Assembly (NCBI GenBank): GCA_040394735.1
Contig: JBEBRR010000007.1
Location: 4,149-68,148, forward strand
Length of the DNA stretch: 64,000 bases
Source of the DNA: Leadbetterella byssophila
Lineage (GTDB): Bacteria; Bacteroidota; Bacteroidia; Cytophagales; Spirosomataceae
Direction: 5' to 3'
Shown: piece by piece, positions 8,678 through 18,515 of the stretch
How positions within the stretch are numbered: position 1 is the stretch's first letter
How the letters are laid out: every line of letters begins with the position of its first letter
Made by a program: the position numbers and the translations under genes
The notes under the pieces: generated by a model
What the model was told of the DNA's origin: nothing
Databases searched by the model: none
Seen by the model: only the letters and a program-made list of their open reading frames with translations

Positions 8678-10139
8678 CCACAGATCCCTGTGTTATTTTT
8701 CCGTCCACCAGGCGGTAAAGACCCAGCGGATTAGCGTTCTTCAGTTCATCAGGGAGGTAAGTATCCGGTACATTCTGATAGCTTACGGGCCGGGCAAACC
8801 GACGGATAGCATCAGGTCCTACCGATGTAAACCGGCTGTCGGTACAGGCCGGGAAAGGCCCGCTGTGGTGCATGGCGCTTACCACTTCCACTCCGGTCGG
8901 AAAGCCGTTAAACAGTAAGCGTCCGCATCTTTCCGTCACCCATAAAAGAAGCTCTTCGTATTGCCCTATTTCGTCTTCTTCGCCGAGGACGGTGCAGGTC
9001 AGCTGGCCGTGAATTTTCCGGGCAATGTCCGTCATCTGTTTCGGATCGCTGTAGGTAACCACGAGGCCGAAGGGGCCGAACACTTCTTCCTGCAGGGCGT
9101 CATTCGATAGGAATTCTTCTGCGGTAGTGAGGGCAAGGGATGCCGCACCTATTCCTTTTTCGGAAGAAGAGGAAGGCAGCAGCACCTGTACATTTTTCTG
9201 GGAACTTACCGTGGCCTTATTCTGCGTATAAGAGTCGGCAATGCCTTCGTGAAGCATTTTACAGGGAGCCACCTCGCCTGCTGCCTCTACCAGTGCAGCC
9301 AGGAATTTGTCCTGGCCTTCCGGCAGAATGATAATGCCCGGATTGGTACAGAACTGCCCCACACCCATGGTCAGGGAAGCCACATATTGCTGTGCTGTTT
9401 CCACAGGAGATTTCTTCATTCTTTCAGGAAGCACAAAAACGGGGTTCACACTTCCCATTTCGGAAAATACCGGAATAGGCTCCGGCCGCTGGCAGGCAAT
9501 GTCGAACAGGGCTTTTCCGCCCGCGTAGGAGCCGGTAAAGCCTACCGCTTTCACCAGGGGGTGCTTCACCAGCGATTGTGAGTCTTCGCGGGAGTGGCTG
9601 AAAATCTGTGCAAAGGTACCTGCATGAAAGCCGGCCTTTTCTACACCTCTGCTAATAGCTTCGGCCATAATTCCTGCTGTACGGGTATGGGCCGAATGGG
9701 CTTTTACAATTACGGGACAGCCCGCTGCAATGGCCGATGCGGTATCACCGCCGGCTGTAGAGAAGGCAAACGGGAAGTTACTGGCACCGAAAACCACTAC
9801 AGGGCCGAGACCTACATAGGTTTTCCGGATATCAGGCCGGGGCGGTGTACGTTCGGGCAGGGCGGTGTCGATCCGCACATCCAGAACACTTCCTGAGGCC
9901 AGGGCCGCTCCGTAACTGCGCCATTGCAGTATGGTACGGCCTTTCTCCCCCGTAAGCCGGGCTAAGGGCAGGTGGGTTTCTTCGTGGGCTGCCTGAATCA
10001 GCTCATCACCGAGTGCCTCGATCTCATCGGCAATGATGTTCATCAGTCCGGCTCTCTGGCGGAAATTGCTTTTCCTGAGTTCAAGAAAAGCTTCGTGGGC
10101 AAGATTTACGACCTGATTGATTTCTTCCTGTGATGCCAT
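8673..10139 (-). CDS. NADP-dependent aldehyde dehydrogenase (alpha-ketoglutarate semialdehyde dehydrogenase type)
   Basis: GASNFPFAFSTAGGD, GFTGS, EMGSVNP, GQFCTNPG, EEVFGP; ATG 10139 directly follows the upstream stop. Confidence 0.9.
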   Translation of the reverse strand: MASQEEINQVVNLAHEAFLELRKSNFRQRAGLMNIIADEIEALGDELIQAAHEETHLPLARLTGEKGRTILQWRSYGAALASGSVLDVRIDTALPERTPPRPDIRKTYVGLGPVVVFGASNFPFAFSTAGGDTASAIAAGCPVIVKAHSAHTRTAGIMAEAISRGVEKAGFHAGTFAQIFSHSREDSQSLVKHPLVKAVGFTGSYAGGKALFDIACQRPEPIPVFSEMGSVNPVFVLPERMKKSPVETAQQYVASLTMGVGQFCTNPGIIILPEGQDKFLAALVEAAGEVAPCKMLHEGIADSYTQNKATVSSQKNVQVLLPSSSSEKGIGAASLALTTAEEFLSNDALQEEVFGPFGLVVTYSDPKQMTDIARKIHGQLTCTVLGEEDEIGQYEELLLWVTERCGRLLFNGFPTGVEVVSAMHHSGPFPACTDSRFTSVGPDAIRRFARPVSYQNVPDTYLPDELKNANPLGLYRLVDGKITQGSVG

Positions 10140-10140
10140 A

Positions 10141-11061
10141 TTATAAATTTTTGTAATCGGGTAACTTGGGCCGGGAGGCGCGCGCGTCGGCAATGATCTT
10201 CAGAATTCGCTCTCTCTCTTCGCCCTCCAGGGTAAGTCGCGGAGCCCGCACATATTCATTGCTGATACCTTCAGCCGTAGCGGCCAGCTTGATGTATTGT
10301 ACCAGTCTCGGATGAATATCCAGTTCGAGCAAAGGCATAAACCAGCGGTAGATGGCTAAGGCCTCGCTCAGTCTTCCGGCCTGTGCCAGCTTATAGATGG
10401 CCACGGTTTCGGCAGGAAAGGCATCTACCAGACCCGCTACTGATCCGCTTGCTCCCATTAGCTGGGTTTCAAGAGAAATGGTATCCACGCCGCCCAGGAT
10501 CTTGAAACGGTCACCGAAACGGTTGATCATGCGGGTTACGTTGGTCAGGTCACGGGTAGATTCTTTTACCGCCTGGATAGTAGGGTATTTTTCCAGCTCG
10601 CCGAACATATCCAGCGTCACATGAATGCCGTAATCTACCGGGTTATTATAGATCAGGATAGGAAGATCCGTGGCTTCAGCTACCGCTCCGAAATATGCTA
10701 CTACTTCTCTGTCAGAAGCTTTGTAACGCATAGGCGGAAGCAGCATCAGGCCGTCAGCACCCAGCTCTTTTGCTTTACGGGCAATCGCCACCGCCTCCCG
10801 GGTGGTTTGTTCTGCAATATTCAGGAGTACCGGAAAAGATTCGGGAACCACGCTTTTGGCAAATGTAAGCAGGTCAAATTTTTCCTGGGCAGTTAATGTA
10901 CTGGCTTCACCCAAAGTCCCGGCCAGGATAATCCCTGAAATGCCTGCATCGATCTGAAACAGGAGATTCTTTTTAAACATGTCGTAATCGATCTCCTCGC
11001 CGGCCGTGAAAGGAGTCAGAACCGCAGGATATACCCCGTGCCATAATGCTGTCGTACTCAT
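10141..11061 (-). CDS. DapA-family enzyme, probable delta1-pyrroline-4-hydroxy-2-carboxylate deaminase
   Basis: GVYPAVLTPF, GTLGE, IYNNP, AVKES (Schiff-base Lys); first gene of the Hyp operon. Confidence 0.85.
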   Translation of the reverse strand: MSTTALWHGVYPAVLTPFTAGEEIDYDMFKKNLLFQIDAGISGIILAGTLGEASTLTAQEKFDLLTFAKSVVPESFPVLLNIAEQTTREAVAIARKAKELGADGLMLLPPMRYKASDREVVAYFGAVAEATDLPILIYNNPVDYGIHVTLDMFGELEKYPTIQAVKESTRDLTNVTRMINRFGDRFKILGGVDTISLETQLMGASGSVAGLVDAFPAETVAIYKLAQAGRLSEALAIYRWFMPLLELDIHPRLVQYIKLAATAEGISNEYVRAPRLTLEGEERERILKIIADARASRPKLPDYKNL

Positions 11062-11104
11062 CAATTTATAATTTTGGATAATTTATTAAACAATTAGAAC
11101 AGGT

Positions 11105-11112
11105 CAAAGTTA
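11105..11112 (-). promoter_or_regulatory. -7 promoter box (TAACTTTG) of hydroxyproline operon
   Basis: TAnnTTTG about 45 nt upstream of the start. Confidence 0.6.
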
Positions 11113-11270
11113 TAAAGGTAATTACCGGAAATCCTATATAAAATTAATCAATAGCACCCATATTTTAGCCCTGCGCTGAAAAGGGGCTGTTCCTGTGATT
11201 TTCTGAATCAAAATTAAGCAATTAATCCGGATTTATTCTATGGAAAAGAATGGCGATAAGAGTGATTTTG

Positions 11271-11307
11271 AAAAACAAAAACGGCACCAGAACTTCTTGT
11301 GCCGTTT
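11271..11307 (-). terminator. Intrinsic terminator of lysS
   Basis: AAACGGCAC...GTGCCGTTT stem with a U-tract on the minus strand. Confidence 0.75.
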
Positions 11308-11331
11308 CCGGTGAATGGATATCAATAAGGT

Positions 11332-13032
11332 TTAAACCAGGCTGATCTGCAGTCCTTCGTCCTGCTTTTCTACTTTTGCCAGCCCGTTACGCGTCAGTTC
11401 CTTGATGGCGGTATCCCATTTTTTATTGCTGAAGCCGGTTTGTGTCTTTAATTCCTCGAGGGCAATGACCGGCCGGGCGTTCAACAGGTCAAGAACTGTC
11501 CTGGCGTCTTCACTTACTGCGGGCGCTTTTTTCTCCGGACGCATCTGCGGGAAGAACAGCACTTCCTGGATGCCGGGATTGTTGGTCAGCATCATGGTAA
11601 GGCGGTCAATGCCTATGCCGATACCCGCTGTCGGCGGCATCCCGTATTCCAGTGCACGGATAAAATCTTCGTCCAGGGCCATGGCTTCTTCATCACCTCT
11701 TTCTGCCAGCCGCAGCTGTTCTTCAAAACGTTCCCGCTGATCCAGCGGATCATTCAGCTCGGAATAGGCATTCGCAATCTCCTTCCCGTTCACAAAGAGC
11801 TCAAAACGTTCTACCAGCCCGGGTTTGGAACGGTGTTTTTTGGTAAGCGGCGACATCTCCACGGGGTAGTCAATGATAAATGTGGGCTGGATCAGGTGGT
11901 CTTCCACCTTTTCACCGAAGATCTCGTCGATCAGCTTGGCTTTCCCCATGGTATCGTCCACCTCCATTCCCCATTCCCTGCATTTCGCCCTCAGCTCTTC
12001 TTCTGATGCGGCATCCACGTTGATGCCGGTGTATTTTTCAATGGCTTCAATGATGGAGAGCCTGGCGTAGGGTCCCTGGAAGTCGATCACATTTTCTCCG
12101 AAAGTAAACTTCGTGTCTTCATTTACGGCGAAGGCTACTTTCTCCAGGAGCTCTTCCGTAAACTGCATCATCCAGGTATAATCTTTATAGGCTACATAGA
12201 ACTCCAGGGCCGTAAATTCCGGGTTATGGGTGCGGTCCATCCCCTCATTCCGGAACATCTTACCGAATTCATACACCCCGTCAAAACCACCTACGATCAG
12301 CCGTTTGAGGTAAAGCTCATTGGCAATCCGCAGGTACAGCGGGATATCAAGCGTATTATGATGGGTAACGAAGGGTCTTGCCGCCGCACCGCCGTGAATA
12401 GGCTGCAGGATGGGGGTTTCCACTTCCAGCCAGCCTTTGTTATCAAAAATCTGGCGCATGGTGCTGATGATCTTCGCCCTTTTTACGAATATTTCCCGGT
12501 TTTCAGGATTCACGATCAGGTCTACATAACGCTGACGGTAGCGTTGCTCAGGATCTGTGAAACCGTCGTAGATATTGCCCTCATCGTCCCGTTTAACAAT
12601 GGGAAGGGGCTTGAGCGATTTGGAAAGCAGCTTGAACGATCTGACGTGGATAGAGATCTCACCGGTCTGGGTTTCAAAACAATAGCCGTTTATACCGATG
12701 ATGTCACCAATATCCAGCAGTTTTTTAAATACCGTATTGTAAAGGGTTTTATCTTCTTCAGGACAAATGTCGTCGCGGCGGATATAGATCTGTATCCGGG
12801 CGGTTTCATCCTGGATCTCAGCAAAAGAGGCCGAACCCATAATCCGGAAGCTCATCAGCCTGCCGGCTACGCTCACATCCTTGAAATCAAACTTATTATG
12901 TTTCCAGTGCATCAGGATGTCACGTATGGTGGTGTTGGTGGAAAATCCTTCTGCCGGGTAGGGATCTATCCCGAGAGCCATCAGCTCTTCTCTTTTTTGT
13001 CTTCTAAGTAGTTCCTGTTCGCTCAATTGCAT
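11332..13032 (-). CDS. lysS: Lysine--tRNA ligase (class II) with C-terminal extension
   Basis: [58 protein letters not shown]; promoter box TAATTTTG at 13055-13062. Confidence 0.97.
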   Translation of the reverse strand: MQLSEQELLRRQKREELMALGIDPYPAEGFSTNTTIRDILMHWKHNKFDFKDVSVAGRLMSFRIMGSASFAEIQDETARIQIYIRRDDICPEEDKTLYNTVFKKLLDIGDIIGINGYCFETQTGEISIHVRSFKLLSKSLKPLPIVKRDDEGNIYDGFTDPEQRYRQRYVDLIVNPENREIFVKRAKIISTMRQIFDNKGWLEVETPILQPIHGGAAARPFVTHHNTLDIPLYLRIANELYLKRLIVGGFDGVYEFGKMFRNEGMDRTHNPEFTALEFYVAYKDYTWMMQFTEELLEKVAFAVNEDTKFTFGENVIDFQGPYARLSIIEAIEKYTGINVDAASEEELRAKCREWGMEVDDTMGKAKLIDEIFGEKVEDHLIQPTFIIDYPVEMSPLTKKHRSKPGLVERFELFVNGKEIANAYSELNDPLDQRERFEEQLRLAERGDEEAMALDEDFIRALEYGMPPTAGIGIGIDRLTMMLTNNPGIQEVLFFPQMRPEKKAPAVSEDARTVLDLLNARPVIALEELKTQTGFSNKKWDTAIKELTRNGLAKVEKQDEGLQISLV

Positions 13033-13125
13033 GAGTTGTTAATCATTTTCGGTGCAAAATTAATGTTTTTTAGCGGCTCTCTCTCAAAAAAGGCTGATAT
13101 TTGAGTTTGGTTAACTTATTTTCGG

Positions 13126-14673
13126 ATGATTTTAAAGGAAATACTTGCCGGGAGAGGCCTTTTTATTTCTGCCGTTCTTTTGTTGTTGTTTCAGTGTTCT
13201 TCCCGGCAGGCGGTTTCTGTCAGTGAAATTCCTCCCAAGCGGGAGTTTCGCGGCGTATGGATCGCTTCCGTGGCCAACATCGACTGGCCTTCTCGAAAAG
13301 GACTGCCGGTGACGGAACAGCAGCAGGAATTCATTGATATTCTCAATAACCATCAGCGGCTGGGCGTCAACGCCGTATTTGTACAGGTCAGGGCTGCTTC
13401 CGATGCATTTTATGCAGAAAGTGACGAACCCTGGTCGGAGTGGCTGACCGGTACGCAGGGCCGGGCGCCTTCCCCGTTTTATGACCCGATGGCTTTCATG
13501 ATCGAACATGCGCATGAACGCAACATGGAGTTTCATGCCTGGCTGAACCTGAACAGGGGCACCCATGCTTCTTCCACCTCGGTTGCGGCAAATCATATTA
13601 CCCGTACTCATCCGCATTGGTTCCTGAATTACGGAGGATATAAGGTATATAATTTCGGGATCCCCGAAGTGCGGAGCTATATTGTTAACATGGTAGTGAA
13701 GATCGTCCGGAATTACGATGTGGACGGGATTCATTTTGATGATTATTTTTATCCGTACCCGGTGCCCGGAAGGCGTCTCAACGACCAGCAGGCGTTCCGT
13801 CAGTACGGACAGGGATTCAGCCGGATTGAAGACTGGCGGAGAAACAATGTAAATCTGCTGATCAGGGATATTGCAGAGGCTATCCGGAAAGAAAAGCCCT
13901 ATATCAAATTCGGGGTAAGTCCTTTCGGCGTATGGCGCAGCCGCGACAGGGATGCCGAAGGTTCTGACACTGCCGGGGCGCTCAGCTCCTACGATGACCT
14001 GTATGCCGATTCCCGCCTGTGGGCCCGTAACGGTTGGGTAGACTATATTGTTCCCCAGGTATATTTTTCTTTCGGTCATGCCACGGTGCCCTATAAGCCC
14101 ATGGTAGACTGGTGGGTAAAAAACAAAGGAGAGCATCACCTGTACATTGGCCTCAGCAGTTACCGCACAGGAGAAAAGAAAGGCGAATGGAGCACGCCTT
14201 CGCAGATCATGAACCAGATCCGGGTGAATGAGCGTACGGCCGGGGTCAGCGGAAGCGTGTTTTACAGTTCCCGTTCGCTGATGCCTGCTTTTCACCGGCT
14301 TTCAGATTCCCTGAGAAATTACTACCGTTATCCCGCGCTTCCGCCTCAGATGGAGTGGAAAAAGCCCGACCCGCTCCCCCGCCCCGAAATTACGGAAGTC
14401 GGCAGAACGACAGGAGACGGGGTGCAGATCCGGTGGCGGATTCCCGATGAATACGAAGAGTATGTAAGGAGCTTCGTGATTTACCGCTACCGGAGGGGCG
14501 AGAAAAGAACCCTGGAAGATCCGAGAAATATTGTGGCCCTTGTGAGGAACAGGGAGGAAAAGGTTTTTTATGATCAGACGGCGGAAGCAGGCAGCGCCTA
14601 TGAGTACGCTCTCACGGCCCTTGACCGGCTCTCCAATGAAGGGCCCCCCAGCAAGTTGCATAAGTTACGATAA
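13126..14673 (+). CDS. Glycosyl hydrolase-like 10 (YddW/DigH-like) lipoprotein with C-terminal FN3-like domain
   Basis: EFRGVWIASVANIDWPS, FHAWLN, YDVDGIHFDDYFYPY, DYIVPQVY. Confidence 0.88.
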   Translation: MILKEILAGRGLFISAVLLLLFQCSSRQAVSVSEIPPKREFRGVWIASVANIDWPSRKGLPVTEQQQEFIDILNNHQRLGVNAVFVQVRAASDAFYAESDEPWSEWLTGTQGRAPSPFYDPMAFMIEHAHERNMEFHAWLNLNRGTHASSTSVAANHITRTHPHWFLNYGGYKVYNFGIPEVRSYIVNMVVKIVRNYDVDGIHFDDYFYPYPVPGRRLNDQQAFRQYGQGFSRIEDWRRNNVNLLIRDIAEAIRKEKPYIKFGVSPFGVWRSRDRDAEGSDTAGALSSYDDLYADSRLWARNGWVDYIVPQVYFSFGHATVPYKPMVDWWVKNKGEHHLYIGLSSYRTGEKKGEWSTPSQIMNQIRVNERTAGVSGSVFYSSRSLMPAFHRLSDSLRNYYRYPALPPQMEWKKPDPLPRPEITEVGRTTGDGVQIRWRIPDEYEEYVRSFVIYRYRRGEKRTLEDPRNIVALVRNREEKVFYDQTAEAGSAYEYALTALDRLSNEGPPSKLHKLR

Positions 14674-14886
14674 GTGTTGATGCCCGTTCGGGTGAAGTCG
14701 GGAACCTTGGGGGACCATATTACTCCGGGCACGCTGTTGGTGTAATAGAAATTTATTTTACAGGAAACAGGGAAATGATCGGTTTTTTTGCCTATTTTTG
14801 TTTTCTTCTTCCGTGTCGTACCCCTGTTTACAAATGATCTGGGGAAGTTTACAGGCAGATAATTTACTTAATCAAACATTTTATAG

Positions 14887-15579
14887 ATGAAAGAATATGG
14901 CAGTAATGTTCAGAAGCTGGTAGAACATATTGTGACCATACCCGATAAGGAAACCCGGACGAAACATGCCCATATACTGGTTGAGCTGATGAGGCAGATC
15001 CACCCGCAGATGCGTGACGGCGCTGATTACAGCAAAAAACTATGGGATGACCTCTATATTATGGCCAATTTCGACCTGGATGTAGATAGTCCGTTTCCTG
15101 CTCCTCCCAAGGAAATCCTGGGAAAGAAGCCCAAGCAGATTCCTTATACGCAAAGCAAGCTGAAACATAAATTTTATGGCCGGAACCTCGAATTGCTGGT
15201 GCTGAAAGCCATGCTTGCCGATACTTTTGACGAGCGGAAAGCTTTTGTTTCCTACCTGGTGAAGCTTATGAAGTCGTTTTATCTCAGCTGGAACCGGGAT
15301 TCGGTGGAAACCGCAGTATGCCTGAACCAGATTTATGAACTGTCAGGCGGTAAGCTTAAACCGGAGATCGATGACCTGCTGGCCAACGGAATGGTGGATG
15401 AGGCGAACCCGAAAGACGGCCCTGCGGGCTTCCGGCAGAGAACCAACTTTGTCAACCGCAATAACAACAGCAGCGGGGGAGGGTACCGGAACAATAACAG
15501 GAATCAGCCGCAACGTAATAATAACGGCGGGCCAATGAACAAAAACAGATTTAACAATAACCGGAAAAGACCGCAATAG
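14887..15579 (+). CDS. DUF4290 family protein
   Basis: EYGSNVQKLV, KLWDDLYIM..FDLDVDSPF, FYGRN; N/R-rich tail; upstream of murA as usual in Bacteroidota; promoter box TATTTTTG 14793-14800. Confidence 0.85.
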   Translation: MKEYGSNVQKLVEHIVTIPDKETRTKHAHILVELMRQIHPQMRDGADYSKKLWDDLYIMANFDLDVDSPFPAPPKEILGKKPKQIPYTQSKLKHKFYGRNLELLVLKAMLADTFDERKAFVSYLVKLMKSFYLSWNRDSVETAVCLNQIYELSGGKLKPEIDDLLANGMVDEANPKDGPAGFRQRTNFVNRNNNSSGGGYRNNNRNQPQRNNNGGPMNKNRFNNNRKRPQ

Positions 15580-15585
15580 AAAGAT

Positions 15586-16890
15586 ATGGGTTCGTTCAGA
15601 ATTACAGGCGGAAGAAAGCTCAAAGGAGAGATCATTCCGCAGGGAGCGAAGAATGAGGCTTTGCAGATTTTATGCGCAGTGCTCCTTTCCAGGGAGCCTG
15701 TTATTATTCATAATATTCCGGACATCCGGGATGTCAACAAGCTGATAGAGCTGTTGCAGGATATGGGGGTTGAAACCCGTAAGCTGGGTGAAGGCTCTGT
15801 GGAGTTTAAGGCGGCCGGTGTGAATTTCGAGTATTTCGAAACGGAGCAGTATAAAAAGAAAGCAGCCGAACTCCGGGGATCTGTCATGCTTCTGGGGCCC
15901 ATGCTGGGGCGTTTCGGTAAGGGAAAAGCGCCGAAGCCCGGTGGTGATAAGATCGGCAGAAGACCGCTGGATGCCCATTTTACCGGGTTTCAGAAACTGG
16001 GAGCCACTTTTTCCTATGATGCCGGTGATGCTTTCTACCACGTAGACGGCAGCGGTATGAAGGGCGCCTATATCTGGATGGAGGAGATTTCAGTGACAGG
16101 TACAGCCAATGTGATCATGGCTGCCGTGCTTGCTGAAGGAACCACCACCATTTACAATGCGGCCTGTGAGCCTTACCTGCAGCAGCTGTGTAAGATGCTG
16201 AACCGCATGGGTGCGCGCATCAGCGGGGTGGGCTCTAACCTGTTAACCATACAGGGGGTTAGCGAGCTGGGGGGCTGTGAGCATACGATGCTGCCGGATA
16301 TGATCGAGATCGGCAGCTTTATCGGGCTGGCCGCCATGACAGAATCTGAGATCACCATTAAGAACTGCCGGATTCCTGAACTGGGAATTATTCCTGACGT
16401 ATTTAAGAAGCTGGGCATCCAGATGGAGTTCCGGGGAGATGACATTTATGTTCCTGCCCAGAAAAACTACCAGATCAGCAAGCTGATAGATGGTTCTATC
16501 CTTACCGTATATGATGCCCCCTGGCCGGGCTTTACGCCGGACCTCATCTCTATTGTCCTGGTGACGGCCATTCAGTCGAAAGGAACGGTACTCATCCACC
16601 AGAAAATGTTCGAATCGCGGCTTTTCTTTACCGATAAGCTGATTGATATGGGCGCGCAGATTATCCTGTGCGATCCGCACCGGGCCACGGTAATCGGACT
16701 GAACCGCGAATATAACCTGAGGGGTATACGCATGAGTTCGCCGGATATCCGGGCAGGAGTGGCTTTGCTGATTGCAGCACTTTCAGCCGACGGCACCAGC
16801 ATTATTGACAATATTGACCAGATAGACCGCGGGTATCAGAACATTGACGGCCGCCTGAATGCACTGGGGGCTGATATTGTACGCGTGTAA
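15586..16890 (+). CDS. murA: UDP-N-acetylglucosamine 1-carboxyvinyltransferase
   Basis: GAKNEAL, RGSVML, PGGDKIGRRP, SVTGTAN, WPGFTPD, MFESRL, DIRAG, IDRGY. Confidence 0.97.
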   Translation: MGSFRITGGRKLKGEIIPQGAKNEALQILCAVLLSREPVIIHNIPDIRDVNKLIELLQDMGVETRKLGEGSVEFKAAGVNFEYFETEQYKKKAAELRGSVMLLGPMLGRFGKGKAPKPGGDKIGRRPLDAHFTGFQKLGATFSYDAGDAFYHVDGSGMKGAYIWMEEISVTGTANVIMAAVLAEGTTTIYNAACEPYLQQLCKMLNRMGARISGVGSNLLTIQGVSELGGCEHTMLPDMIEIGSFIGLAAMTESEITIKNCRIPELGIIPDVFKKLGIQMEFRGDDIYVPAQKNYQISKLIDGSILTVYDAPWPGFTPDLISIVLVTAIQSKGTVLIHQKMFESRLFFTDKLIDMGAQIILCDPHRATVIGLNREYNLRGIRMSSPDIRAGVALLIAALSADGTSIIDNIDQIDRGYQNIDGRLNALGADIVRV

Positions 16891-16982
16891 GAGCCGGCCA
16901 TTAGAAATCAGATTCTGGCTAATTTCTGATAGCTGAGTTTTAATATCTTTTTTCATAATTCAAGACCTTAAAAAAAATACTT

Positions 16983-18386
16983 ATGATCTCAAGACGTAAA
17001 TTCCTGGCCTCTTCTGCTATGACTACCGCTACAATTGCGGCTACTTCTGCTTCCGGTTATTCCCGTATTGCGGGCGCTAACCAAAAGGTGAACATTGCCT
17101 GTGTGGGTATCGGTAACCGGGGAGAACAGATTATTGACGATTTTGAGAAAACCGGCCTTGTGAATGTGGTGGCCCTCTGTGATGTGGACATGGGCGCACC
17201 GCATACCACGAAGATCATGAACAAATTTCCGAAGGCAAAGCGTTACCAGGACTTCCGGCAGATGCTGGATAAGTCGGGCAAAGAATTTGATGCCGTAACG
17301 ATAGCCATTCCTGACTTTGCCCACTTCCCGGTGGTTATGGCGTGTATGCAGGCCGGTAAGCATGTTTATGTGGAAAAACCGATGTCGCGCACGTTCAATG
17401 AAGCGGAGCTCATGATGAAGATGGCCCTCAAAAACCCGAAGCTGGTGACCCAGGTGGGAAATCAGGGCCATTCCGAGGGGAACTATTTCCAGTTCAAAAC
17501 CTGGATGGAAGCCGGCATTATCAAAGATGTGACCGCTATTACAGCCCATATGAACAACCCGCGGCGGTGGCATAAGCTGGATCCCCAAATGAAAATGTGG
17601 CCGGCGGCCCAGCCCGTGCCTTCCACTATGGACTGGGATACCTGGCTGACCACCTCTATGCCGAAAGAATACAATGAATTATACCATAACGGCGAATGGC
17701 GCTGCTGGTATGATTTCGGGATGGGAGCGCTGGGTGACTGGGGTGCTCACCTGGTAGACACTGCCCACGAGTTTCTGGAACTCGGACTGCCTTACGAGAT
17801 CAATCCTACCTACCTGGAAGGGCATAACGATTTCTTTTTCCCGATGTCTTCCACGCTCCTGTTCCGGTTCGGCGCCCGGAAGGGAATGCCGCCGGTAGAC
17901 CTGACCTGGTATGACGGACTGAAAAACCTGCCGCCCCTTCCCAAAGGATATGGCGGGTCGGCCGCTACGGCCAATGTGCCGGGTACCAACCAGGGAGAAG
18001 TAAAGCAGCCCACCCTGAATCCCGGGCGGATCATTTACAGTAAAGACCTTGTCTTTAAGGGCGGAAGCCACGGAAGCACCCTGAGCATTATCCCCGAAGA
18101 AGTGGCGAAAGAAATGGCTTCAAAGCTACCTGAAGTGCCCAAAAGTCCGTCAAACCATTTTGCCAACTTTATACTGGCCTGTCAGGGGAAAGAGAAAACC
18201 CGCAGCCCGTTTGAGATCAATGGCGTGCTGAGCCAGGTATTCTGCCTGGGAGTAATTGCGCAACGCCTGAACAGGCCGTTGTATTTTGATGCGGTCACGA
18301 GACAAATCACCAATGATAAATTTGCCAATGCCATGCTGACCGGCGCTGAGCCGCGCAAAGAATGGCTGCAGTACTATAAGGTGTAG
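16983..18386 (+). CDS. Tat-exported Gfo/Idh/MocA family oxidoreductase
   Basis: SRRKFL Tat motif; VGIGNRG, HVYVEKP, QVGNQ, GALGDWGAH. Confidence 0.9.
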   Translation: MISRRKFLASSAMTTATIAATSASGYSRIAGANQKVNIACVGIGNRGEQIIDDFEKTGLVNVVALCDVDMGAPHTTKIMNKFPKAKRYQDFRQMLDKSGKEFDAVTIAIPDFAHFPVVMACMQAGKHVYVEKPMSRTFNEAELMMKMALKNPKLVTQVGNQGHSEGNYFQFKTWMEAGIIKDVTAITAHMNNPRRWHKLDPQMKMWPAAQPVPSTMDWDTWLTTSMPKEYNELYHNGEWRCWYDFGMGALGDWGAHLVDTAHEFLELGLPYEINPTYLEGHNDFFFPMSSTLLFRFGARKGMPPVDLTWYDGLKNLPPLPKGYGGSAATANVPGTNQGEVKQPTLNPGRIIYSKDLVFKGGSHGSTLSIIPEEVAKEMASKLPEVPKSPSNHFANFILACQGKEKTRSPFEINGVLSQVFCLGVIAQRLNRPLYFDAVTRQITNDKFANAMLTGAEPRKEWLQYYKV

Positions 18387-18434
18387 GCGGGGCAATTATA
18401 TGCCTTATTTCTGAAGTTTGTGCTGTTTTTAATA

Positions 18435-18506
18435 CTCTTTGATAAGCTCAGGGGGACGATTGTAACGCATAGGGTACCACCAGCCACCCTGAGCCTGCCG
18501 GTGGGT
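18435..18506. repeat. Degenerate REP-like inverted repeat (same family as 33951-34028)
   Basis: TTTGATAAGCTCAGGG ... CCCTGAGCCTGCCG between convergent genes. Confidence 0.65.
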
Positions 18507-18515
18507 ACGGGCTTT

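Noticed and set aside
13132-14295. 387-aa antisense ORF (and similar long shadow ORFs at 38352-39311, 40669-41526, 57536-58351, 26167-26937)
   Set aside because: They lie opposite well-supported genes and show no motifs; they are expected by-products of codon bias.
14674-14886. Possible riboswitch or ncRNA upstream of DUF4290-murA
   Set aside because: Only weak GC hairpins; no riboswitch consensus that I can recognise. An Rfam/Infernal search would be needed.
15440-15579. AAC/AAT-rich low-complexity stretch
   Set aside because: It is the coding Asn/Arg-rich tail typical of DUF4290 proteins, not an independent repeat.
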